Below are positions 1-11,951 of a stretch of DNA of 64,000 nucleotides, piece after piece. Origin of the DNA: Octopus sinensis (lineage: Eukaryota); assembly GCF_006345805.1 (NCBI RefSeq), contig NC_043005.1:75330001-75394000 (forward strand). The letters run 5' to 3'. The notes under the pieces were generated by a model. It was given only the letters and a program-made list of their open reading frames with translations, was not told where the DNA came from and ran no database searches. Positions within the stretch are counted from its first letter, which is position 1. Every line of letters begins with the position of its first letter. The translations under genes and the position numbers were made by a program.

Positions 1-130
1 CTACCAAATCCACTCACAAGGTTTTGGTTAGCCTGAGGCTATAGTAGAAGACACTTGCCCAAGGTGCCACGCAGTGGGACTGAACCCAAAACCGTGTGGT
101 TGGTAAGCAAGCTACATACCACACAGTCAC
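1..130 (-). mobile_element. tRNA-headed SINE, family A (cut by window edge)
   Basis: Reverse complement of the recurrent motif GGTTCAGTCCCACTGCGTGGCACCTTGGGCAAGTGTCTTC...GGATTTGGTAG, which recurs in more than 10 copies across the window. Confidence 0.8.
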
Positions 131-263
131 TGCGAATTTTTTTTAGCATTTGTCAATTATTGCTTTTGCTTTCATATATTATTCCATTTCCTTTCACTCT
201 GTGACGATCATTACACGTACATGGAACACAGATCGCCAACACCACCATGACAAAAGTATTAAG

Positions 264-485
264 GCGGCGAGCAAACAAAATCGTTAGCGGCATTTCGTCC
301 GTCTGTACATTCTGAGCTCAATTCCGCTGAGGTCGACTTTACCTTTTATCCTTTCAGAGTCGATAAAATAAGTACCATTTGAGCACAGAGGTCGATGTAA
401 TCGATTTACCCTCTCCCTCGAAATTGTTGGCCTTGTACCAAAATCTAAAACTAATATTATTTTAATTATTTCGCTAAGCACGGGA
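264..485 (+). mobile_element. tRNA-headed SINE, family B
   Basis: GGCGGCGAGC head, B-box-like GAGCTCAATTCC, body GTCGACTTT.CCTTT.ATCCTTTC..GGTCGATAAAATAAGTACC and tail CCTTGT.CCAAAAT. Same family as the copies at 8.0-8.7, 9.7-10.1, 40.1, 46.2 and 52.0 kb. Confidence 0.8.
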
Positions 486-800
486 AACTACTTTGTACGT
501 GCTTTGGTATTATTATGGCCTCATCAGCGAAGCACAGACTAAACTGTATTTGCTCAAACAGTAATGAGAACATTACACTTGTACAGAATTGTACAGTAGT
601 TGGCGTAGACATCTCGTAATGTTTAGAGACGCTACTCGCATGAGAAGTTCGGTTATTTAATGCAGAAGCGTTAAAATGTTTGATAAAACCATTCGGGATG
701 CATTAAACTAGCTTTTAAAATGAATAGATAGATATATAATGAAGAATATAGACCAATTAATTAATGCTAATTATGTTTATGTTGAAATAATTTTCCTCAC

Positions 801-857
801 TTCTTCCGAGGTAAGAAAATCTACAGGTGCGAGTCTTTTAAACCCAGTCACCATTAT
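801..857 (-). CDS. Candidate internal coding exon of an unidentified gene (IMVTGFKRLAPVDFLTSEE)
   Basis: Acceptor gttgttttcttgtttaag and donor GAA|gtgagg. The exon is 57 nt, only frame 0 is open (phase 0/0) and the sequence is non-repetitive. No homology recognised. Confidence 0.45.
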
Positions 858-1394
858 CTTAAACAAGAAAACAACCTAGTTATTAACTCTTGTCGGAGAT
901 TTGTAGGAAAACGGTTAACACAGCAGGTTATATATATATACAAATAACAGATTTACAAAATATAGCCAATGAGCTGCAGACATAAAATAAAACAATTACT
1001 ACCAATTAAGACGTATTTTGTCCAATAGAATACTGCATATAAACTAATACAGTCTCAACTTGTTTTTAAACACCCAACTCAATCCGTGGCCCTCTGACAG
1101 CTTAACCTTTTCGATACAAATAAATAATAAATGCTGAGAAATCCTCAAGCTTCGTTAAGAAATATGTTATCTAATAAGGATTCCGGACTTGCTTAATTTC
1201 ACTTGCGTCAGTAAAAAAAACAAAATTAAATTAAATTAAAACAGTCTCCATTAATGCTTCTTTGACTAAACATCCTGTAAGCTTCTTCTAACCAGTGCAT
1301 GATTTCTTTTTATATCTATATAAGAAATTATACTTTCATTTAAACGAATGCAAGATATATGAAAAACTGAAAGACATCGACAACATTGTACTTT

Positions 1395-1426
<32 letters not shown>

Positions 1427-1529
1427 ATAAACACATCAAGTCAGGAGGTTTGAGAGATGAATATTTATTTATCCACTGTGTGTGTGTGTGTGTATTTGGA
1501 ATGCGTATCATTTCGACACAAATAAATAA

Positions 1530-1592
<63 letters not shown>

Positions 1593-2050
1593 GATAAATG
1601 TGTGTGTGTATGTATAATCATGATGAAATCAGTTACTAGTGTTTCTGACTGCAGCTGTTTATAATAATAATAATAATAATAAACAGTGACATTGGTTGTC
1701 ATTTACACTGCAAAGCAAAGGCCAGGCTTGGCAAACGATGTCACATATACATAAATACACACACGCATATATATATATATATATATTATATTCCTTTGTA
1801 GAATTCGAACTCAGGATGTAGGAGAACGACAGACAAGAAGTTAACGTAGCATCTATTCCGTCGCTCTTTAAAAATAAAAAATATATATATATGTCAAGTC
1901 GCCCGTCATATCATTCAACGACGCAGAAAATGATTTTCATACAATATCACTGTTTACATCGACAGGGAAGAAGGGAGATGGGATGATGAGAGTACAGCGA
2001 AATAAACAAAAAATAAATCTCAGATCTGCCTGTTACTTACATAATACAGG

Positions 2051-2090
2051 ACATATATATATATATACACAGACATAACATCATGAGCGT

Positions 2091-2135
<45 letters not shown>

Positions 2136-2895
2136 CATAGGTAATACATATATATATATATACATATATATACACACATATATATACACACATATATATA
2201 TACACACACATATATATACACACATATATATACACACATATATATACACATATATATACACACATATATATACACACATATATATACACACATATATATA
2301 CACATACATATATATACACATATATACACACACACATATATACACACATATATACACACACATATATACACACATATATACACACACATATATACACACA
2401 TATATATACACACATATATATACACATATATATACACACATATATATACACACATATATATACACATATATATACACACATATATATATATACACACACA
2501 TATATATATACACACACATATATATATACACACATATATATATATATATACACACATATATATACACACATATATACATACACACATATATACATACATA
2601 TATACATACATATATATACACACATATATACATACATATATATACACATATATATACACACATATATACATACATATATATACACATATATATACACACA
2701 TATATATATACACATATATATATACACATATATACACACATATATATACACACATATATATACACACACATATATATATATATATACATATATATACACA
2801 CATATATACATACATACATATATACATACATACATATATACATACATATATATAAACATATATATATACATATAAACATACATACATATAAACAC

Positions 2896-2926
<31 letters not shown>
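2051..2926. repeat. Compound (TA)n/(CA)n microsatellite, about 0.88 kb
   Basis: Continuous TA/CA dinucleotide tract. It produces the four YI/HT/VC-rich ORFs in the track. Confidence 0.97.
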
Positions 2927-3004
2927 GCAAAAAAAATAAATAAAACGAAAATAAACGATAGTTTTTAGCGAATGCTCAAAGAATAATTCTGTTGACTACT
3001 TACC

Positions 3005-3270
3005 AGATGGGTGCAACTAAATGTTTTGCAAGCCAACGAGGGAACCTCTACGTTGTCGCTCGAACGGCTAGAAATAATAGCAGCCAAATCTCCCTCAAAG
3101 AAATCACACACACACCCTAATCCGTCTTAGAAAAGGACACGTTGGACAATGTGTTGTTTCTGGGTTCCCTGCACAGAGGAAGAAAAATAAAAAGACTTAG
3201 ATGGTCACGGTTTGAAATGACTTTGAGCGTAGGTCTGCTCAATCGGGGGCTAAGCAACAACAACGACGAC
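3005..3270 (+). mobile_element. Interspersed repeat (SINE-like, family D)
   Basis: Motifs AATAGCAGCCAAATCTCCCTCAAA...GATGGTCACGG.TGGAATG.CTTTGA...GGGCTAA.CAACAACAAC recur at about 4150-4500 (rearranged) and about 5165-5460. Confidence 0.65.
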
Positions 3271-3292
3271 ATGGAATGTTATTTAGACATAC

Positions 3293-3860
3293 CATTTCCT
3301 AAAAAAAAAAACAGTTGATGAAACCAGCCAAGCAAGCTCGCCTTTTTTATTTATGTTGTACGACAGTCGCAATTAGGTTCGTTGGTAGTGTCGTAAAATG
3401 CGAAAAGTAAAAAGGAAAAAAGAAAAAAACAATCGAATCCGAAAGACGCTTTGACACTATTAACAATATTATTTCATTTTCTGTTACACATCAGTTTCTT
3501 TATAAACAAGGGTTTCTGAGAATAAAAATATATTTTTTATTTTGATTATATATATATAAATATACATACATACATATACACACACTTTCTCTCTCTCTCT
3601 CTCTCTCTCACTCACACACACATATATAAACTTGCACCTCCCCCACACGTATGTGTGTAGGTTTATGAGTACATATATGTTGCGTACATGCTTTGTATGC
3701 ATATTTTATTATTTTTGTGTACGCGTGTGTTTGCATTTGTGTTTGTGTGCGCGACTTCCCTTGTTTTCGTTTTTCCCTTCCTATAAATTAACTCTTCCTA
3801 AACTTTTGTTCCTTAGTCCCCGATGAGCCGTAGGCGACACAGAATGTATATTTTTCGGAC
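3293..3860 (-). other. Putative 5' exon / promoter region of the left-edge minus-strand gene, ending in ATG|gtatgt
   Basis: Minus strand reads ...tttttagGAAATG|GTATGT (ATG at 3295-3293), a consensus donor. The surrounding region is relatively CpG-rich. The upstream boundary is a guess. Confidence 0.3.
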
Positions 3861-5660
3861 TAACGATTATATATATATATATATAAATTTAAGATTTAAT
3901 AAGGGTAGAAATTGATATTAATCAATTAAAACCAGTGGCCTAGCATATCAAAAAAAAAAAACATTCTTTGTGGAAAATAGCGATTTTGACGTCTATATCT
4001 AGCATGTTGACCGTCCACTTTTAATGGTCAGTCCTTTAAACTTTGTATATATATACATCACACACACTCTTAAAGATCGATATGTACTTATTATGTAAAG
4101 TGCTGTTGAGATATATTGCAATTTAATTCAGAGATTTAGTTTCCTATGCAAAATATTATTCCGAGCTTCTACTTGACCTGACCTGCTAAAAATAGCAGGT
4201 TGCTTAGCCATAGGTCAGCACCTGATTGAGCAGACCTACACTCAAAGTTATTTCAACCTGACCTGCTAAAAATAGCAGCTAAATCTACCTGGCATTGTGT
4301 GCAGTTGTTCTCTTCGAGAAAGCACACACTGATATATTTAAAGATCTCCTGGGAAAACGATTCCGGGAAGAAGTGAAAAAAAATGGTACGGAATGCTTAC
4401 GACTCAATCGTCTTTTTAACATAGACCTGCTTAATAGGAGCTTGCAGCTGTTGCTGTTGTTGTTGCTATAGTTATTTAGCCCTAGGTCAACAAAAAGAAA
4501 AAAAAAGGCTTTCAGCCACAGTTAATTTACCATTTGGGAAATGGTTATGGAGAGCTGGTTTCACAAACCAATAAGAGCCTGTTTTTTTTTTTAAGACGAC
4601 AGGCTGTCATTTGACTATTATTTAAACCGGTCAAGTAACCACACAGAAGTTTCCTTAAATTAATAACTATTATCCATTTGTCATATTCGTGACACAAAAG
4701 AAGTTTCCTAACCTATAAATTGGTGATATCCATGAACGAGAGGCCACTGACCACTAAATGACTAACAATTAAAACAAAATATGTAATTGGCTTTTTTTTT
4801 TTAAATCTACTTTATTTCGGCTAAATATTTTTTACATTTGTTTTTAATTTTCATTTAAGCCAAGATGAATAAATAAAAACACAAATACAAAATAAAGGAT
4901 TCTCCACTTTTTCTTCATTTATTTAATGTAAGAATGACATTTATGAAGTCACAAGTTCTAAATATACAATATGTTTATCTGTTTTGTTTTTTTAACCCGG
5001 GGAAAGGTCAGTATGAGATCATGTAAAAAACATGAAATGAAAAGCAGAACAAGGAAGTACTTTAGCTAAAAACAAATTACCGTAGTCAGGAAAAAAACGC
5101 GTTACGTATATCTTTTTTTTTTTTTAATCATTTTGTTTCTGCAACCCTTTTGAGCCGTCTACCTGCAAAATAAAAATATTTTCATGCCAAACCAATGAAG
5201 GAGCTACTTACGTAATCATTCGACCTGTTAGAAATGGCTCAAATCTCCGTCAAATCGTACCCCTTTAGTCTTAAACGAGGAAGGACATCATTTAGTTTGA
5301 GGTTTCAATTCCTAGTTGAAAACCAGGGATTTGATTGCTTCTGACACGTTAAATAATATAGTCTGAGGGTTTCCTAAAAATACGGGATGGCCACAGCTGG
5401 AATGTCTTTGATCATAAGTCTCAACAATCAACCTTGACCTGAGGCTAAACAACGATACTCAGCACATGAAGATGTCCCGCTTTTCCATAATTGAAGACTA
5501 TTTCCGTAGGACAAAGCTTAATTCTTTAGGAAGAGAACTATCTCCAAATGCCTTATTAGTGGCACGAAATGTTACTTCAGAGCAACAAAAATTATCATCC
5601 AGTCCTTTTTATATATCAGGAGTATATTCTAATAAGTTCTTCTATTCATTTATTATTCAT

Positions 5661-6165
5661 CATCATCATCGTTTAACGTCCGCTTTCCATGCTAGCATGG
5701 GTTGGACGGTTTGACTGTGGGCTGGCGAACCAGATGGCTGCACCAGGCTCCAGTCTTGATCTGGCAGAGTTTCTACAGCTGGATGCCCTTCCTAACGCCA
5801 ACCACACTGAGAGTGTAGTGGGTGCTTTTACATGCCACCGGCATGGGGACCAGTCAGGCAATACCGGCAACGACCTCACTCGAATTTTTTACACATGCCA
5901 ACGGCACAGGTGCCAGTAAGGTAATGCTGGTAACGATCCCGCTCAAATGGTGCCTCCTACATGCCACCGGCACGGAAGCCAGTTAGCTGCTCTGGCAATG
6001 ATCACGCTTGGATGGTGCTCTTAGCATCCTACTAGCACAGGGCACAAGTACCAGTAAGGCAACACTGGTAATGATCACACTCGAATTGTGACTTTTATGT
6101 GCCACTGGCACAGAAGCCGGTTAGCCACTCTGTCAACGATCACGCTCATATAGTGCTCGTGCCCG
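5661..6165 (-). mobile_element. (GAT)n-tailed SINE-like element, family C
   Basis: CATCATCATCGTTTAACGTCCGCTTTCCATGCTAGCATGGGTTGGACG end, with internal roughly 60-70 bp GTGCCACCGGCAC repeats. Confidence 0.85.
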
Positions 6166-6402
6166 TCATTGAATTTCACTTTGATTTTAGTGTAATTTGA
6201 TGGAGATTTAGTAACTATTTCTAGCAACTTGAGTTACTATACTTTCACCCTTTGTTGGGTCAACCCAGCAGTTGGTTATTTTAAGACTGTACTTCATTTA
6301 TACTGGTACAAGATTATCAAGTGCTATTTCATTATAGCAAGCAAAATTTACAAGACTGTTATCCTTCGTAACATCAACTGAAACCAGTTACATTCACTTG
6401 AG

Positions 6403-6783
6403 CCCCGTGCTAGTAGGGTATTAAGAGCACCATCCAAGCATGATCGTTGCCAGAGCGGCTATCTGGCCTCTGTGCTGGTGGCACGTAAAAGACACCATTC
6501 GGGCATGATTGTTACCAGTATCGCCTTATTGGCACCTGTGCTGGTGGCATGTGTAAAAGATTTGAGTGAGGTCGTTGCCAGTACCGCCTGACTGGCCCCG
6601 TGTCAGTGGCATGTAAAAGCAACCACTACACTCTCGGAGTGGTTGGCGTTAGGAAGGGCATGCAGCTGTAGAAACTCTGCCAGATCAAGATTGAAGCCTG
6701 GTGCAGCCATCTGGTTCGCCAACCCTCAGTCATTCGTCCAACCCATGCTAGCATGGAAAGCGGATGTTAAACGATGATGATGA
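6403..6783 (+). mobile_element. (GAT)n-tailed SINE-like element, family C, inverted relative to the 5661 copy
   Basis: Ends ...CCCATGCTAGCATGGAAAGCGGATGTTAAACGATGATGATG. Reverse complement of about 5661-6043. Confidence 0.85.
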
Positions 6784-7542
6784 CTACAGTGTTTAGAAAC
6801 ATTAAGCGTTTAAAATTAACTGTTTTTCTGTCATCTTCGTTGCTGTTGCCACCATCATCTGTTACTATCTTTTGATGTTGGTATAGTTTACAGAAACAGC
6901 TTGTCTTTTTTTTTTAATGTTCGTCATACTCTCTGCAAAGTCTAACTGCAGATTAGTAAAATAGATATGAAACAGTTTCAAGTAAAAGAATTTGGCTTAG
7001 CCATGGCAATTGTTATCCATTCTCAGAAAACATTTTACAGATTGCTGATTCCAACAAAACAAGTCACAACCTTTACATTCACTCTTGCTGACCAATACAA
7101 ACATTTATCTTCAACTCTTTCTATTCAATGTGAAGGCAGTGGACTAACTAATGATTAAGATGTTGGTTTCAATTCTCAAGATGCTAGTGCGTTGTTTCCT
7201 AGAGAAAGGCACTTCATTTCACGTAATTCCCATACACTTAACAATAACTGAATTGAATATCTGTGGAACCAAGGCATTAACCTTGTTTTGGCCTAGTTTC
7301 TCATTCGGAGATGAGGATTCATGTACTTTCTGCCTAAATTCCTTGAAAATCCAGATAAGTTCTGACCTCATGAACTAGAAGTCTTGAGGCAGATTATAAG
7401 TTTTTTTTTTACTATTTAGCACATCCTTTGGAACCTACTATCTGCTTGTATAATAATGTCAGTTTCATGCATAGACAAAAGGCTACAAATTTGGGAATAA
7501 GGATACAATCAACTCTAATACTTTATTTTATCTTCACCTTAA

Positions 7543-7763
7543 CCCTTTCATGACTGTATTTATTTTGAGATGCTCTGTGTTTATTTCAATTACTTTAAAT
7601 ATAACAAAGAATTTAGTAAAATAACTTAGTTATCATTAAGTTAGTGTTAGGAACATAAACTGTGACTAAGGTTTGGTGGAAGATTTTAATTAAAGCCTTC
7701 AGAAAACAAGACATTTGTACAACTGAGCCAGAGCCGGTTTCAGCTGGGTTGGTAACAAAAGGG
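7543..7763. mobile_element. piggyBac-type MITE (221 bp)
   Basis: TTAA|CCCTTTCA...CAAAAGGG|TTAA: TTAA target duplication and CCCTTT termini. Confidence 0.8.
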
Positions 7764-8039
7764 TTAAGGAAGAAAAGCTGAATTGACTACAACAGCATTT
7801 GAACCTGCAACATAAAATGACTGTAGCTAAAAAAAGAAAAGGTATTTTGTCCATTGTCCATTCAATTCTGCCAATCCATTGGTTGTATATAACAAGGATT
7901 TCTAACACAAGAACATTCATCAACAGTTGTGGGGGGGTTGTCATTAGTTTAATCAAAATCAGTACATAACTGGTACTTACCTGGAAAAATGATGGTTGAA
8001 CTCAGCAGGATGATGTAACAGGACTAACAATAATTCTTT

Positions 8040-8690
8040 CTAAGTTTGGCACAAGGTAAACAATTTTTAGGGGAGGGGGAAGTCAATTACATTGACCTCA
8101 GTGCTTGACTAGTATTTGTATCATTGACCCTGAAAGGATGAAATGCAAAGTCAACCTTATTTTTATTTATTTCTTTACTGCCCACAAGGGGCTACACACA
8201 GAGGGGACAAACAAGGACAGACAAACGGATTAAGTCGATTATATCGACCCCAGTGCGTTACTGGTACTTCATTTATCAACCCCGAAAGGATGAAAGGCAA
8301 AGTCGACCTCGGCGGAATTTGAACTCAGAACGTAACAGCAGACGAAATATGGCTATGCATTTCACCCGGCATGCTATCGTTTCTGCCAGCTCAACGCCTG
8401 CAAAATCAACCTTGGAAGCATTTGAACTCAAACTGTAAAAACCTGGAAGAAAGGCCTGCTAAGCATTTTGTCCAATGCAGGACCAGTATATTCTTACTGC
8501 TATAGGCATAAGGCCTGAAATTTTGTGGGGAACAGCTAGATGATTTTATCAATCCCAGTACTCAACAGGTACTTATTTTATTGATCCAGAAAGGATGGAA
8601 GGCAAAATCAACCTCAGTGGTATTTGAACTGGTTGAAATGCTGTTAAGAATTTTGTCCAGCAAGGCAACAATTCTGCCAGCTTAAAAAAG
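8040..8690 (-). mobile_element. Cluster of nested/adjacent family B SINEs
   Basis: Three partial copies of GAAAGGATGAAAGGCAAAGTC.ACCTC.G.GGAATTTGAACTCAGAA. Confidence 0.75.
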
Positions 8691-8877
8691 GAACGAACTA
8701 TATTAACCTCATCTGTTTATTCCAATCACCAAAGTGGGTTGAGAAAGGCGAAAAGAGACAGAGGTTCTGCTTTTAATACAATATGTTTACTTATTTAGTG
8801 TCCTTATATAAATAGTGTAAAACATAAACAGTTGATTCTTTGTAAACCAATCTGTAATGTTTTTCTAAAAATAGGTG

Positions 8878-9251
8878 TAGGAGTGGCTGTGTGGTACGTA
8901 GCTTGCTTATGAACCAAATGGTTCCGGGTTCAGTCCCACTGCGTGGCACTTTGGGCGAGTGTCTTCTACTATAGCCTCGGGCTGACCAAAGCCTTGTGAG
9001 TGGATTTGGTAGACGGAAACTGAAAGAAGCCCATTGTATATATGTATATGTATGTATGTGTGTGTATATGTTTGTGTCTCTGTGTTTGTCCTCCAACATT
9101 GCTTGACAACCGATGCTGGTGTGTTTACATCCTCGTAACTTTGCGGTTCAGCAAAAGAGTCCGATAGAATAAGTTCTGGGGTTGAAATGCTTGACTAAAG
9201 GCGGTGCTCCAGCATGGTCACAGCCAAATGACTGAAACAAGTAAAAGAGTA
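8878..9251 (+). mobile_element. Full-length family A SINE with internal TA/CA microsatellite
   Basis: TAGGAGTGGCTGTGTGG head, GGTTCAGTCCC B-box-like motif, and 3' module ...GCTCCAGCATGG.CACAG.CAAATGACTGAAACAAGTAAAAGAG. Further copies at about 16041-16392(-), 19651-19986(-), 24158-24480(-), 28845-29226(+) and 48075-48422(-). Confidence 0.85.
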
Positions 9252-9714
9252 CACTTTTTTTTAATGGCTTAATCAAAGGAGGGAGGGTGATGATAGGAAG
9301 TTATTCTCAGACTGGAGACCTCAATCCAAATGACTGCATCAGAGTAAAGTTTGCTGAAGGCACTCAAAGGCTAGGGGTGAGTCTATCTAAAAAGTTTTCT
9401 CATCAACAACTCCTGGACATTTTGATCTTGAGTCATAAGACTCATAGGGTCAGTTACCTGGTTTCCATGGAGCACAAAATTCCCCCTGAATGGTATGCCA
9501 GTCCATCAGAGAATCACTCAATTACAAGTGAGTGGACTGGAGCAACATGAAATGAAGTGTTTTGCTGCACAACACAAAGCACTGCCTGGTCCAGGAAACA
9601 AAACTAGTCTTGTAATCATGAGTGTGACACCCTAACCACTAGGCCACACACCAACAGGTTTACTCAATTTTACTCAAAGGGATTGAGTTTTTCCCTCTTT
9701 TTCCTACTATTAAT

Positions 9715-10095
9715 ATTGGTTTCAAACTTTTGGCACGAGGCCAACAAATTTGGGGGATGGGTTAAGTTGAATACACCGAACCCTACAATCAACTGGTACC
9801 AATTTTATCAACCCTGAAAGGATAAAAGACAAAGTTGACCTCGGCAGAATTTGCGTGCAGAACATAATAATAATAATAATAACCCTTTCTACTATAGGCA
9901 CAAGGCCTGAAATTTTAGGGAAAGGTGCCAGTCAATTAGATTACCCCAGTATGCAAATGGTACTTAATTTATCGAACCCAAAAGCACAAAAGGCAAAGTT
10001 GACCACAGCGGAATTTGAACTCAGAACATAAAGACAGATGAAATTCTGCTAAGCATTTTGCCCAACATGCTAACAATTCTACCAGCTCACCACCT
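9715..10095 (-). mobile_element. Two tandem family B SINEs
   Basis: Two iterations of GGCAC.AGGCC...AATTT..GGGGA...GGTAC..ATTTTATC.ACCC..AAAG....AAAG.CAAAGTTGACC. Confidence 0.75.
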
Positions 10096-10324
10096 TAATA
10101 ATAATAATAATGATAATAATCATCATCGTTTAACGTCCGCTTTCCATGCTAGCATGGGTTGGACGGTTCAACTGGGGTCTGGGAAACCAGAAGGCTGCAC
10201 CAGGCCCAGTCTGATCTGGCAGTGTTTCTACAGCTGGATGCCCTTCCTAACGCCAACCACTCCGAGAGTGTAGTGGGTGCTTTTTACGTGCTACCAGCAC
10301 AAGTGCCAGACGAGGCTGGCAAAC

Positions 10325-10357
<33 letters not shown>

Positions 10358-10837
10358 GATGATGATGATGGTGAATTTTTTTTGGTACTTGCAACACAAT
10401 AATTTCAAGATAAGAACTAATGCCACATTGTTTAATCGTACAGATGAAAATAAAAAAATAAAAAACCATTAAGTTAATGATCCTTCAAGTAGAAGGATCA
10501 TTAACTGGTAGTACTCCAGAATGGCCAGCATTTAAACCAGCACTATCCAGCTAAAATATCCTACCTGCTCTATGTTCAAACTGGCCAAATCTGCCCTCCC
10601 CGCCAATACCTACTCTACATTGTCATTCTAAAAATAAACTATCACATCATCAAAAGCTTGAAGCCACAAGATAATGCATAATTAATTCAAAACAATATGA
10701 CTAGATAAGCATTACATTTGACAGAATAATCTGAGTGCTAAATGGTTAACTGATCGACATTTCACTAAAAAAAAAACAAAAAAAAACTAAGCTTTTCATA
10801 TTAATATGTTGTGAATTAATTTAACTTTCATAATATA

Positions 10838-11207
10838 CTAGCAGTATCACCCGGCATTGCTCGGGTTTGTAAGGGAAATAACTATATAAGCATTTTTAGA
10901 GAGTTATAGCCAAAAAATGCATTAAAAATGGAAAAAAAATTATGGTAAATTTTTTTTAAATCGTTGACTCATCGTAGACATTTTTAGAGAGTTCCCTTAT
11001 ATAATAGCGAAAAAATGCATTAAAATGGAAAAAAATGATGGTAAATTTTTTTTAAATCGTAGACTCATGCTAATACCCAGAAGGGCTCAATATGAATCAC
11101 GACTATAAGATACCCGGTTTTGGTTAAACTGCACCGCAAAATGTGGGAGTAGTTAGGAATCTAAATCGTAGGAGACAGACACACAACCTCTCTTTTATAT
11201 ATAAAGA
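10838..11207 (-). mobile_element. Non-autonomous Helitron (370 bp)
   Basis: Minus strand reads A|TCTTTATATATAAAA ... CCCGAGCAATGCCGGG hairpin, 8 nt, CTAG|T. This gives 5' TC, 3' CTAG, a subterminal hairpin, insertion in an AT dinucleotide and no TSD. Confidence 0.8.
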
Positions 11208-11278
11208 TTTGCAACTAGTTTTATAAAAGCATATTTTCATTTATTCATATCTATGCCACCTTGGTAATTGTCACTTAA

Positions 11279-11498
11279 CCCTTTAATAGTCATATTAATT
11301 TGGCAAAAATAATCCTTACTTATTCAAAATTTAAAAAATTTATCTCATATAATTTTGTAGCTTCAAGATAGGAAAGATGTAATTGCTTATTTTTAGAATG
11401 ACCTTGCAGAGTAGGTGTGAGATGCTGGTTCTGGCCAGCTTGAGCATAAAATGTGTAGAATATTTGGACCGGATACAGCCGGTTTAAACACTAAAGGG
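11279..11498. mobile_element. piggyBac-type MITE (220 bp)
   Basis: TTAA|CCCTTTAAT...CTAAAGGG|TTAA. Confidence 0.8.
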
Positions 11499-11951
11499 TT
11501 AAATACTTAAAGCAACAATAACTTCTTTAGACTTCTTGTTCTCTTTTTTTTTTTTTAAGGGAGGGTGCATTTTCAACTTCTTTTGGGATAATTCAAACAA
11601 CTGTTTCTTGAAAGTTCTGAATTATATCTTTTGATTATAAAAATTCCCACAAGAAAATTAGGCTTTTAAAAATTAAGCTTGCAAAAGTACAAAATGTATT
11701 AAAATTCTGAACTTGTATTGACCTATATTTAGATCTTAGAAGCAAAATTCTTATCCCTTTCGCTACCATATTTCTACAGAAAGACACTAGCAGAATTTGA
11801 ATTCAGAGCACAAAGACAGATGAAATACTTCTAAGCATTTCGCCTGGAGTGCTAACATTTCTGCCAGCTCGCCACCTTATAATGATGCTCTCTTTTAATT
11901 GTTTCAGTCACTTGACTGGAGCCATGCTGGAGCCCCGCCTTTAGTCGAGCA

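Noticed and set aside
2020-2943. Four long ORFs (265-291 aa) rich in Y/I/H/T or V/C/Y/M
   Set aside because: They are translations of the TA/CA microsatellite, which lacks stop codons in most frames. The same applies to ORFs near 32000, 45900 and 58700.
3817-3845. Plus-strand mini-exon ag|TCCCCGATGAGCCGTAGGCGACACAGAAT|gt (MSRRRHR)
   Set aside because: The donor is weak and I could find no convincing in-frame downstream exon. The region is equally explained as the 5' region of the minus-strand candidate.
7041-7410. High-complexity, protein-like plus-strand stretch after a tttacag acceptor
   Set aside because: Every frame is interrupted by stops (TAA, TAG and TGA, so not selenocysteine readthrough) and no motif is recognisable. 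Left unannotated.
7975-8025. Apparent minus-strand donor CCAG|gtaagtacc
   Set aside because: The TAAGTACCAG string is part of the family B SINE body, and the phase does not fit the 801-857 exon.
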